DNA from: Nemertoderma westbladi
Taxonomy: Eukaryota > Animalia > Xenacoelomorpha
Direction: 5' to 3'
Length of the DNA: 41,275 nt
Assembly (NCBI GenBank): GCA_032718475.1
Contig: JAUCBJ010003689.1
Coordinates: forward strand, 1-41,275
Part shown: positions 1 through 11,302 of the stretch, in pieces
How positions within the stretch are numbered: position 1 is the first letter of the stretch
Layout of the letters: the number at the start of each line of letters is the position of its first letter
Program-made: the position numbers and the translations under genes
Notes under the pieces: model-generated
Database searches by the model: none
The model's input: the letters and a program-made list of their open reading frames with translations, nothing else
Told to the model about the DNA's origin: nothing

Positions 1-1702
1 ATAGTTTAATAATAATAAAGAATATTTAGTGTTCGTGAATTAGTAATAAAATATATACACATTAATTAATATACAACTCTATCCTCTAAAGTTTAATCCT
101 TTTTGGTTTATATTTAATATACGTATTACATGCACTGCTATTATTTGCAAATAACTTACAATCTACCCATGATAACACAGTCACGTTATCTCAATGCATT
201 CAAATACGATTATACTCTGTCTCTACATTCTACGGACCACTCAACCAGCTGGTGTACAGAGTGTAATATTGGGATATATGGTACTGTTTAGGCCTAGCAA
301 TTTCATTTTGGCATAATTATTGGATATATAAAATATAGATAGTGTATGTATATTATGTAGCGCTAGTAGGAACTTATAAAGGTTTCAGTGTTTATGTTAA
401 ACATTAGGTACTACTGATAAACTTTCCATTACAATACGAGAGGTAGGCCTAACTTCCGTAATACTTATTTTTATTCACATATTTTTAATTTTTATGTGGG
501 ACGTTTTCCCTAATTTCTTTTTGAAACAAAACTGCTTGTTGCCACGTGATAAATACAATAAAGGTTTTTGCAAAGAAATAAAACTACAAATTAATTCTGA
601 TCCGAAATTTAATTACAATTCGACATTAAAAACTTGTTTAATAACTAACCACCAGTCTAAGGCGCCGTTCATAATACATGTCAAAAGTATAGAATATTGA
701 ATTTCTAACATATTTATCATTTAATTATTTTTTAATTTCATCTAAACAGTGTTGTAATATTTGTAGTATTCTAGAATGTTAGTTCCTAATTATGTTTCAA
801 TATATTTTAGGATTTTCTCTCGACTTCTGACTTTGTGTAAATGGCACATAAGACGCCACTTTTAAATATTATTATTTCTTAAAGATTATTATTATTTATT
901 GCTGTTAACTTATCATTATACACCATGACCCGTAATATAGTGTAAATTGCTTGGAATTTGAAATACAACTAGTTCTACTCACCGTCGTTGTTACCATGAA
1001 GCCGGAATTGTCGCTTTTGTCTTTAAATTTTTTTATAAGCGTTTTAAAAAAAATTTAATTTATTTTATATTTTACAACCAATGGTTTCATATGGACTTAC
1101 CGAGGTCGGCCGCTTCTTCACTGTTGCGCATATGAAAGAGATTGATAAAGTCAAATCGAGGTTTGTTAAATGCGCTCCCCTTCCATCCAACTCATCCAGC
1201 GACCGTGGCCATTAGAGCTATGGGAGAAAAAACTCTCACTGTAGATCTCCTTATTATGAACCCACCGCAATACACAACATTACCGCAGTTACCCCACAGA
1301 ACGGATAGGAAATTTTCACCGACAGAGATTCACCAGTTTACAAGTTCGATTTGGAAAAGTTCACAACAGAGAAATCGACACATTGTCACCAGGGCAACCT
1401 CCCACCCACTACTTCATCTGTTCAACTGGTGCCCATTTCTTTCCATGAGCTGTCATTGCAATGAATTTGCAAATATTGTAGGAACTTAACCGAGGATAAA
1501 TACCACGCTCTCAACTGCGCTTCGTGTCCCTACATAGCAGACCTTGCTAACCAACAAAACCACTAACTGTTTATATATCGCAATAATTTTATTTAATAAT
1601 TTAAATTTATAGTTCGGCCAGTATATTTATATTAAACAAAATTTGAGCAATTTTAAAAGAAATAAAAGCTTTTACCCCGTTAGGGGTGTACCTTGTTTTA
1701 AA

Positions 1703-2270
1703 AAAGTGTTATTTTGCAAAATCACACCCTCCGTATCGCGATCATTCTTCACATTAGTCGTAATTTCATATATATTATATTCCATATATATTTTATATAT
1801 ATATCATTAGAAAGCTTGCGTTGCAAGGATTCCAAATATGTTACAATGACTGAGTTTCGTTGAGAAACAGCTGAGATATGGGCGTTCAAAGATTGCAAGA
1901 AGGATCATTCGCTGTAGGCCATTCATTCTATTTAATAAAAATACACAAAATTCTAGAATGTGTTATTTTTATTTTTATTTTTTGGCTGGCAACAGCGGTA
2001 TGACAATACGATATCTCTATCGCGTAGCTGCTATTCATACATAAACAAGATGTTCCAGAACATTGTGTATTTATTAAATAGAATAAATGGCATAGAGCGA
2101 ACGATAATTTTTGCAATCTTTGAACCCCTATATCTCAGCTGTTTCTCAACGAAATGCAGATATTGATTAAGATTTGGAATCCTTGCAACACAAGCTTTCT
2201 AATGATATGACACTACTATTGTGAAGAATGGCCATGATACGGAGGGTGAGATTTCGCAAAAGACACATTT
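1703..2270. mobile_element. Foldback/MITE-like long inverted repeat (about 270-bp imperfect arms)
   Basis: CACCCTCCGTATC...TCATTAGAAAGCTTG...GTTGAGAAACAGCTGAGATAT in the left arm is mirrored by ATATCTCAGCTGTTTCTCAAC...CAAGCTTTCTAATGA...GATACGGAGGGTG in the right arm, with the centre near 2005. Exact termini and TSD were not resolved. Confidence 0.7.
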
Positions 2271-2954
2271 AACGCTTATAAAAAAAATTAAAGGCAAATT
2301 CGAAAATTCAGGTTAAAAATTTCAAGCAATATGATATAAAGATTTGTAGAAAAATTGGGGGGGGGTGCCGGGTCATCAGAAAATTACACTATATTAAGGA
2401 CCAGGGTGTATATACATACATTATACATATCAGTGCACTAGCAATCTAAGGCAATTATTATATAACATAACAATTATACATTTGGCAGCCTCATTTGAGT
2501 CGCTGCCATTTGAATTTCCATTAACATTTTAGTTCGAGATTATATTATTATAAAGATGATTAGCCTATAAAAGAAAGTAAGAAGCCGACATTAATTTCAA
2601 TTAATCAGATAAACATTGGAATTTATTCCACAAATTGTTTTACTAACCAATTTATAACCGCCGTTTCATATTTCTACAAATTTCAAGACATGCATTAGAT
2701 TGGAGATTGGACAATACAACAGCTGCATGTGCTAATACTGAAGTCTACTCGCGTTTAGATCACCAGTCATCTAAATTGGTGGGGATGTCGTGTCCTAATT
2801 GGTTGGTTATATTTCTTGTATTTAAGCATAGTGGTACTATCAGACTGGCCCACGACATATTATCCATCCTTCGTCTACAGCTACTACACCCGGAAGCAAA
2901 GTGTGAATGACCTTGGAATACCCTACCGGTACAACATTGACTGCGAGTTAGGAG

Positions 2955-3062
2955 TGGAAAAAAGGCAATAAGGGGCGGCGTAAAAGCAATAAGGAGATGT
3001 AAAAAAGGCAATAAGAGGAGGTGATGAGAAAAAAGGCAATAAGAGGAGGTGAAAAGGCAATT
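2955..3062. repeat. Short degenerate tandem repeat (AAAAGGCAATAAGAGGAGGTG-like, about 5 copies)
   Basis: AAGGCAATAAG recurs at roughly 18-28 bp spacing. Confidence 0.6.
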
Positions 3063-3400
3063 TTGTGGAATAAAATTACATATTAAGAAAAACAAATAGC
3101 TTTTCTATGGAAGGAGTGCGAATATTGTTTCATTTGAAAATGAATAAAAAATATCTTCCTATTCTGCTCGTTGCTGTAATTTCATTTGTAGTACTCAGTA
3201 ATTTTTAAAACATTACATTTAAAAATTGCAGTAATAAATTATATTTACATTAGATCGTGATATTTAGTAATCTTAAATATTTAGTAAATATACAAGTAGC
3301 TCTAGAACTACAGTCTGACAGTCCAAGTCCTAGAACAACTATTTCTATAACACTGTCATGTTTTTATTCATTGTTATGTTGTAATAACGATGTCTCGCAG

Positions 3401-3841
3401 TAAGCCGTCGGCTATAAGCCTAACAGCCTATCGGAACTTGAAATCCGAAAGAAATTCAGTAAGTATTCATCAACCGACGAGCAGGTTGGAGACGGTGCAG
3501 GAGTCATCGAAACCAACTCAACACAACCGAACACGCTCCGATCTCACAACCATCGGAACACCCACACTGGTTGTCCCGCCCACCGGACCCCGGTATTCTG
3601 GGGTATTAGTTCCCGCCTACCAACAACACCCAGATAATCGCAACTCTTTGCGACTAACAACAACCGGGACTGCCGCCGATAAAAATGACCCGGAAGAAGA
3701 TGAAAGCGAATGGACCTTTCCCGCTTTACCTAATCTCAAGACTGCCCAGGTTGATGTGGAATCTGCACGCCGATTGGCCAGACGCCTTTATTATTTGGAC
3801 GGGTTTAACAAATCAGATGTTGCAAAGCATTTATCAAAAAA
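3401..3841 (+). CDS. PSD: Internal exon of a PH and SEC7 domain protein (EFA6/PSD family Arf6 GEF), covering the start of the Sec7 domain
   Basis: The translation ends VDVESARRLARRLYYLDGFNKSDVAKHLSK, matching the EFA6 motif A.RLA.RLY.LDGF.K.DVA.HL.KN. The acceptor TCTCGCAG ends at 3400 and the donor GTTAGT starts at 3842 (phase 2). The ATG at 3390 may be intronic. Confidence 0.85.
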
Positions 3842-5884
3842 GTTAGTATTTATTTTAGTCTGGTCTGTGCAAGAAGATCCAATTGCATTTGGTCTTGCAT
3901 GATGTGCATTAAATAGTGTTTACACAGTATAACTGTTTACACTATAAATTGTGGGGAGAGCAACGGCGTAAGTGAACTTATCAAACAGGTACCGCTGTTT
4001 CAATTGTTCTCTGTCTGTCGGTCTGTTTGTTCGTCTGTTTGTCGTGCTATCAGCTAATAACTCTGTTATTCTCATGAAATTAATCTTAACTTATTACACA
4101 TGTCGAAAGTCTGAAATAGAACTTGCGCGGGGTGACTCGGCAATTCTCCATTCTCCCGCTAGGGGGCTATTAGGAAACAGTTGACATAGTGGTGCCTATA
4201 TGATAAACCACCCGAACATGTACAGTATCGTTCGCCATAGTGTAAGTAGATTCATGGCAATGACTATTAGGTGGGGGGCTATGATGACGTATATTGCAGC
4301 CGCATATTGCGTCAATCTGAGTACCGGTGTTCTGGAGTAGGGATTTATAGGATCAAACCTGAAGGTGACCAATTCGTTGAAACCTGGACGTCATATCCAA
4401 CTTTACGATTGCCTTTAATCTCATCGGTTTAATTTCTGTTAGTCATTTAAGTCTTAATAACAACGTATCTCTATTCACAGTAGTTCTCAAGATAAACATA
4501 CAGGTACAAAGTTCTATAGTTTCATTAGTTTCTATCATCAATTATGAAATGACCTTTCAGCTAAATAAAAGCTGCCTCTATACATTATCATAACAGTGTA
4601 AAAAAGCAAGGAAATACTGAACCCTACGAATCAATACTATACTATTGACTGTAAAGAAGAATGAGCTATTACATAATGAAATGACTCTTTATGGAAAAAT
4701 GGTTGAATTTCTCCAACTTTATTTATGCGTCACTGGACACGTTTGTGCAACGGCTGACGTATTAATTAATTAATTAGTAAGAAGTAGTTGAAGAGAACTA
4801 GTTAATACAATGCAAGTAGTAGGGTCTTGGGCGGCTCGGTGACAGTTAGACCCCACTGACTGGTGCCAGACTGTCTGGGTGACACCCAATGGCACCTATG
4901 GGAGTCATTGGGTGTCATTGGCGCCAAACTGTCTGGGTGACACCTCCTAATTAGGCTAATTAGACCCTAATTGACAGGTGTCATCAATTAATTAGTACAA
5001 TTAAACCCTAATAGGTGTCTTACGACTCCTAATTAGGGTTTAATTGATTATCCCAATTAATCAATCCGATACGCAATGGTGTCAGTGTTGTCTAACTGTA
5101 CACCTAGAGGCCCAAGAGGGTGTCATAAGTGACACCGCGGCTCTTTTATTTATTAATACCTATTTATTTATATTTAATTTTAAATAATTATTTGTATTTT
5201 ATTTTACTTTATTTATTCGTATTTAATTTTAAATTAATTATTCATTTGTACTTTATTTTAAATTAATAAATTGTATTAACTTTACTTTATACATTGATTT
5301 CTATTTTTAGATTAATTAGTTTTATATTGCCAATGACGTAATTATGACATAATGTCTATATTTAGCTCTATGGTTTATAGATCCCATACTGGTAACTATT
5401 TTGGAGTTAATGTTAGCAAAGGGCCTAAACTTAAGACAAGCTATCGCCTAGGTTACCAGTTACGCATGAATGAGCAATTTATCGGGGCCCCTCTTAAAAT
5501 TCTTTGTGCTGCGTCAGGATTGCCTCATTTAAGGAAGCCGCATCCCTATCGATAATCTAATTATGGTATCGCTAACCATTTTCAGTATACTGTATAATTA
5601 AATAGGGCCCTCTTTTAATACATAAGTTTATATATATATACAGTTTATCTTCAATTTAATTTGTTTTTATTTACAACCCTAAATGGTTCTACTGTATTAT
5701 AATTTATGTTTTATAATAACAAGCTATATCCGGTTAATCCGTATTAATTTTCTTTGTACTGAGGTTATCGAGGGCGCTCTTTCCAATGGTCCTATTATCA
5801 CAACGATCTAACCTACTGTATAATTAATTACTTAAGACTGCGAGGTATGCGTAATTAACACATCTCATTTACCAGTTTTCCTTA

Positions 5885-6303
5885 AAAACTATGAAGTTAT
5901 ATTGCTTAAGAGTTCTAAGGGGCGAGCCATGAGGCAAGATGTTTGAGACTTATTTAGATATATTATTACTTAATTTTGACCCCCCAATCGGCATCTACTA
6001 CGGCATAGGCCATATCTTTTGCGGAGTCATAGAGTAGTCTGAAGTTCCTCTGCCTGCCGCTAGAGGGCGTATTATTTGAAAATCAACATCTTCTCCAGCT
6101 TTGTTATTTACAATCCGCCAAACTATGAAGTTATATTGCCTAAGAGTTCTAAGGGGCGAGCCATGAGGCAAGATGTTTGAGTCTTATTTAGATATATTAT
6201 TACTTAATTTTGACCCCTCAATCGGTATCTATTACAATATGGGCTATATTTTTTGCAGAGTCACAGAGTAGTCTGAAGTTCCCCAGTCTGCCGCTAGAGG
6301 GCG
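5885..6303. repeat. Direct duplication of about 185 bp, period 234 bp
   Basis: AAAACTATGAAGTTATATTGC...CTGCCGCTAGAGGGCG occurs at 5885-6069 and 6119-6303. Confidence 0.85.
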
Positions 6304-6384
6304 AAATGTCTCAAAGTGAAAACCATATGGTAGCCATGAATTGGTTACTAGGCAATAATACTGCATTTTGCAACGTTAGGCCTA

Positions 6385-6483
6385 TTGCTGACCGAACGAA
6401 AACTGCCCTGGTTCATGCAGGCATCGAACCCATGGCATACGGGAGATGTGAATTCAATGCAACCACTACACCAAGGTGGAAAC
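6385..6483 (-). mobile_element. tRNA-derived SINE head, copy 1
   Basis: The minus strand reads GTTTCCACCTTGGTGTAGTGGTTGCATTGAATTC...GGGTTCGATGCC...GGCAGTTTTCGTTC, with Pol III A- and B-box-like motifs. It is homologous to 13590-13695 and shows no clean cloverleaf. Confidence 0.6.
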
Positions 6484-6508
6484 AGTAACCGTCGAATTTG
6501 TTCGTTGA

Positions 6509-6766
6509 CGTTCGAATTTGTAAGACTCTCATTTAAGACCTGACACAGACTATGCCTCACTGAGGCATAGACTATGACTCACTGAGGCATAGACTATGAC
6601 TCACTGAGGCATAGACTATGCCTCATTGAGGCACTGAGGCATAGTCTATGCCTCAGTGCACTATGCCTCAGTGAGGCATAGTCTATGCCTCAGTGAGTCA
6701 TAGTCTATGCCTCAGTGAGGCATAGTCTGTGTCAGGTCTTAAATGAGAGTCTTACAAATTCGAACG
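6509..6766. mobile_element. 258-bp near-perfect palindromic foldback element with internal palindromic repeats
   Basis: CGTTCGAATTTGTAAGACTCTCATTTAAGACCTGACACAGAC and its exact reverse complement flank tandem ACTATGCCTCACTGAGGCATAG-type units that switch orientation at the centre. Confidence 0.8.
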
Positions 6767-7067
6767 ATTAATTGGGATAATCAATTAAACCCTAATTAGG
6801 AGTCGTAAGATACCTATTAGGGTTTAATTGTACTAATTAATTGATGACACTTGTCAATTCGGGTCTAATTAGCCTAATGAGGAGGTGTCACCCAGACAGT
6901 CTGGCGCCAATGACACCCAATGACACCCATAGGTGCCATTGGGTGTCACCCAGACAGTCTGGCGCCAGTCAGTTGGGTCTAACTGTCACCGAGCCGCCCA
7001 AGACCCTACTACTAATGAAATAAAAAAAAAGGGAAAATAATGCAATAGTTAGTAGATCAATAAATAA

Positions 7068-7680
7068 GCCTACTACTACTATAATTGGCCTGGTTCATTG
7101 AAACTGCACCTTGATATGTTCTTCCAGCTTAACAAAAACATTTTGTCACCAAAAGCAATCTACAATTGGCAAGCCCAAGCCCAATGCCGGCTTATCAATA
7201 AAGTTGCACCGCCACAACTCCATATGCCCCATGACTTTCGTGAGATTATCCGCATCTTCAAGGCCAGTGTCCTTTAGGAGGCGTCTCACGAAAGTTATGA
7301 GCTGTCCACCATGCTTATTTTCTCCATGAGGCTGCCAATGCACAAGATTATGCACAGGCTGTTCCTCACGGCGAAAACAATGTCCTGCAAAGCGGAGGCA
7401 GCTTTGTTCTAGTGCCAAGCTTGGGGGAACCAATGAGAGACCTCCAATGTTACTGGTTGGAGATGTCTGCATTGTCTTGACACAGTGAACCCGGCGTAGC
7501 ATTCTTGTGAATGTGCCATCCGGAGATTTGGTGACATAAGCAGTTAGTGCCCAGCATGGACTCCCATATAAGAGTACTGGAACTACTGCTGCTCTAAATA
7601 ATCGCACGTTAAGTTTTCGATAAATTCTGTGTGACCTCCAAATCCTGGAAAATCCATTCGATGCTGCCCATGCCTTTCCC
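7068..7680 (-). mobile_element. 5'-truncated RTE-clade LINE (C-terminus of the RT ORF, 3' UTR and (TAG)n tail)
   Basis: Reads KAWAA...RLFRAAVVPVLLYGSPCW...RMLRRV...LRFAGHCFR, typical of the post-RT region of RTE-like LINEs. It ends in TAGTAGTAG and is the same family as 21540-21930. Confidence 0.8.
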
Positions 7681-8074
7681 TTACGTATTCGATAATAATT
7701 GAATAATAATAGGCCTACTAGTAGAGTACAATAGAGGTAGCAATAGCTGAGTAGTTAGTGCGAACATTGACCGCACGTGAAAATAGTGATCTCCAGCGCA
7801 AATTGATCGCATATGATATAAAGTTTTGTTTATTCTTTTGGTTAGAAAACACCAACACTGCAAACTGCAAATTTTCCTTAATGTTTTCAATTTCAATTAA
7901 ATCAAATTAAGTTTTTAAACCAGGAAATTATCGGACCCATTGAGTACATAAATACGCAAAAATGAATTTTGTTAATTATATATGTTCTTATTTATTAATT
8001 AAATTAATTTATTCTTATTTGTTAATTCTTATTTAATGTTGTAAAAAGTTAGGAACGACCTTATTTACTTTGCA

Positions 8075-8192
8075 ATTTTCCACCGGGGCAATTTACTCTT
8101 TGGTGGGTAAGTGTCATTGGGGGGTAATTGTCCGGGGGGCTATTGTCCTCGCTCTTCGGGGGCGATTGTCCGGGTGGAAATTGTCCTGTCAC
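8075..8192. repeat. GGGGNNATTGTCC-motif cluster, probably a MITE end remnant
   Basis: Four to five ATTGTCC motifs, each preceded by a G run. Confidence 0.4.
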
Positions 8193-8347
8193 TCACTGTA
8201 TGTATACAATACAGTATGTATGTATGTATTATGTCCTAGTTTTGTTTACTGTAAACGGCAGATATGATCTCGTTTTGTAGGTAAGTAATCAGCATTTATT
8301 TGCATTTATTTTTACATTTACTTATATATTATTATATTTAATAGTAA

Positions 8348-8608
<261 letters not shown>

Positions 8609-8641
8609 TAGTTATTCTAGACAACTAATTATTATAGTTAG

Positions 8642-11302
8642 TTCCACTCTGTTCCCTAAAGTAATGACTGTTCATCACCATAGGTGATCTTCCACAGTAA
8701 ACCCTTCCACTCTGTTTCACAAAAGAATGCCTGTTCATCACCATAGGTGATCTTCCACAATAAACCCTTCCACTCTGTTTCCTAATAGAATGCCTGTTCA
8801 CCACCACGGGTGATCTTCCACAGTAAACCCTCCCACTCTGTCTCCTAATAGAATCCCTGTTCACCACCATAGGTTATTTTCCACAGTAAACCCTTCCTCT
8901 CTGTTTCCTAATAGAATGCCTGTTCACCACCATGGGTGATCTTCCACAGTAAACCCTTCCACTCTGTGTTTCCTAAAGGAGTGCCTGTTCAACATCATGG
9001 GTGATCTTCCACAGTAAACCCTCCCACTCTGTCTCCTAATAGAATGCCTGTTCACCACCATAGGTTATTTTCCACAGTAAACCATTCCACTCTGTTTCAC
9101 AAAAGAATGCCTGTTCACCACCATGGGTGATCTTCCACAGTAAACCCTTCCTCTCTGTTTCCTAAAGGAATGCCTGTTCACCACCATGGGTGATCTTCCA
9201 CAGTAAACCCTTCCACTCTGTTTCCTAATAGAATGCCTGTTCACCACCATAGGTTATTTTCCACAGTAAACCATTCCACTCTGTTTCACAAAAGAATGCC
9301 TGTTCATCACCATAGGTGATCTTCCACAGTAAACCCTTCCACCCTGTTTCCTAAAGGAGTGCCTGTTCAACATCATGGGTGATCTTCCACAGTAAACCCT
9401 TCCACTCTGTTTCCTAATAGAATGCCTGTTCACCACCATGGGTGATCTTCCTCAGTAAACCCTTCCACTTCCACTCTGTTTCCTAAAGGAATGCCTGTTC
9501 ACCACCATGGATGATCTTCCACAGTAAACCCTTCCACTCTGTTTCCTAATGAAATGCCTGTTCACCACTATAGGTTATTTTCCACAGTAAACCATTCCAC
9601 TCTGTTTCCTAATAGAATGCCTGTTCACCACCATGGGTGATCTTCCACAGTAAACCCTTCCACTCTGTGTTTCCTAAAGGAGTGCCTGTTCAACATCATG
9701 GGTGATCTTCCACAGTAAACCCTCCCACTCTGTCTCCTAATAGAATGCCTGTTCACCACCATAGGTTATTTTCCACAGTAAACCATTCCACTCTGTTTCA
9801 CAAAAGAATGCCTGTTCACCACCATGGGTGATCTTCCACAGTAAACCCTTCCTCTCTGTTTCCTAAAGGAATGCCTGTTCACCACCATGGGTGATCTTCC
9901 ACAGTAAACCCTTCCACTCTGTTTCCTAATAGAATGCCTGTTCACCACCATAGGTTATTTTCCACAGTAAACCATTCCACTCTGTTTCACAAAAGAATGC
10001 CTGTTCATCACCATAGGTGATCTTCCACAGTAAACCCTTCCTCTCTGTTTCCTAATAGAATGCCTGTTCACCACCATGGGTGATCTTCCTCAGTAAACCC
10101 TTCCACTTCCACTCTGTTTCCTAAAGGAATGCCTGTTCACCACCATGGATGATCTTCCACAGTAAACCATTCCACTCTGTGTTTCCTAAAGGAATGCCTG
10201 TTCACCGCCATGGTTATCTTCCACAGTAAACCCTTCCACTCTGTTTCCTAATGAAATGCCTGTTCACCACTATAGGTTATTTTCCACAGTAAACCATTCC
10301 ACTCTGTTTCACAAAAGAATGCCTGTTCATCACCATAGGTGATCTTCCACAGTAAACCCTTCCTCTATGTTTCCTAAAGGAATGCCTGTTCACCACCATG
10401 GGTGATCTTCCACAGTAAACCCTTCCACTCTGTTTCCTAATAGAATGCCTGTTCACCACCATGGGTGATCTTCCACAGTAAACCCTCCCACTCTGTTTCC
10501 TAATGAAATGCCTGTTCACCACCATAGGTTATTTTCCACAGTAAACCCTTCCACTCTGTTTCACAAAAGAATGCCTGTTCATCACCATAGGTGATCTTCC
10601 ACAGTAAACCCTTCCACCCTGTTTCCTAAAGGAGTGCCTGTTCAACATCATGGGTGATCTTCCACAGTAAACCCTTCCTCTCTGTTTCCTAAAGGAATGC
10701 CTGTTCACCACCATGGGTGATCTTCCACAGTAAACCCTTCCACTCTGTTTCCTAATGAAATGCCTGTTCACCACCATAGGTTATTTTCCACAGTAAACCA
10801 TTCCACTCTGTTTCACAAAAGAATGCCTGTTCATCACCATAGGTGATCTTCCACAGTAAACCCTTCCACCCTGTTTCCTAAAGGAGTGCCTGTTCAACAT
10901 CATGGGTGATCTTCCACAGTAAACCCTTCCACTCTGTTTCCTAAAGGAATGTCTGTTCACCACCATGGGTGATCTCCACAGTAAACCCTTCCACTCTGTT
11001 TCCTAAAGGAATGCCTGTTCACCACCATGGGTGATCTTCCACAGTAAACCCTTCCACTCTGTTTCCTAAAGGAATAACTGTTCACCACCATGGGTGATTT
11101 TCCACAGTAAACCCTTCCACGCTGTTTCCTAAAGGAATGCGGTGATCTTCCATAGTAAACTCTTCCACTCTGTTTCCTAAAGGAATGCCCATGGTAGTGT
11201 TCACTACCATGGGTTATCTTCCACAGTAAACCCTTCCACTCTGTTTCCCAAAGGAATGCCTGTTCACCACCATGGGTGATCTTCCACAGTAAACCCTTCC
11301 AC
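8642..11302. repeat. 63-bp tandem satellite, about 42 copies
   Basis: Consensus CCACAGTAAACCCTTCCACTCTGTTTCCTAAAGGAATGCCTGTTCACCACCATGGGTGATCTT. The array starts about 35 bp after the exon donor and its terminal units are degenerate. Confidence 0.97.

Larger units (their letters stand above)
4815..7013. mobile_element. Non-autonomous DNA element with Polinton/Maverick-type termini
   Basis: 248-bp inverted repeats at 4815-5062 and 6766-7013, beginning AGTAGTAGGG and ending CCCTACTACT. Flanks are AATGCA (4809-4814) and AATGAA (7014-7019), a 6-bp TSD with one mismatch. No coding capacity. Confidence 0.7.

Noticed and set aside
1142-1489. 115-aa ORF as an upstream EFA6 exon
   Set aside because: It has a non-ATG start, no recognisable motif and no convincing splice sites.
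8625-10966. Series of minus-strand ORFs with MVVNRHSIRKQSGRVYCGRSP repeats
   Set aside because: A by-product of the 63-bp (3n) satellite unit. Stops and 2-bp or 5-bp indels interrupt the frame.
8642-11302. Possible CRISPR array
   Set aside because: There are no unique spacers, the whole unit repeats, the context is eukaryotic and no cas genes are present.
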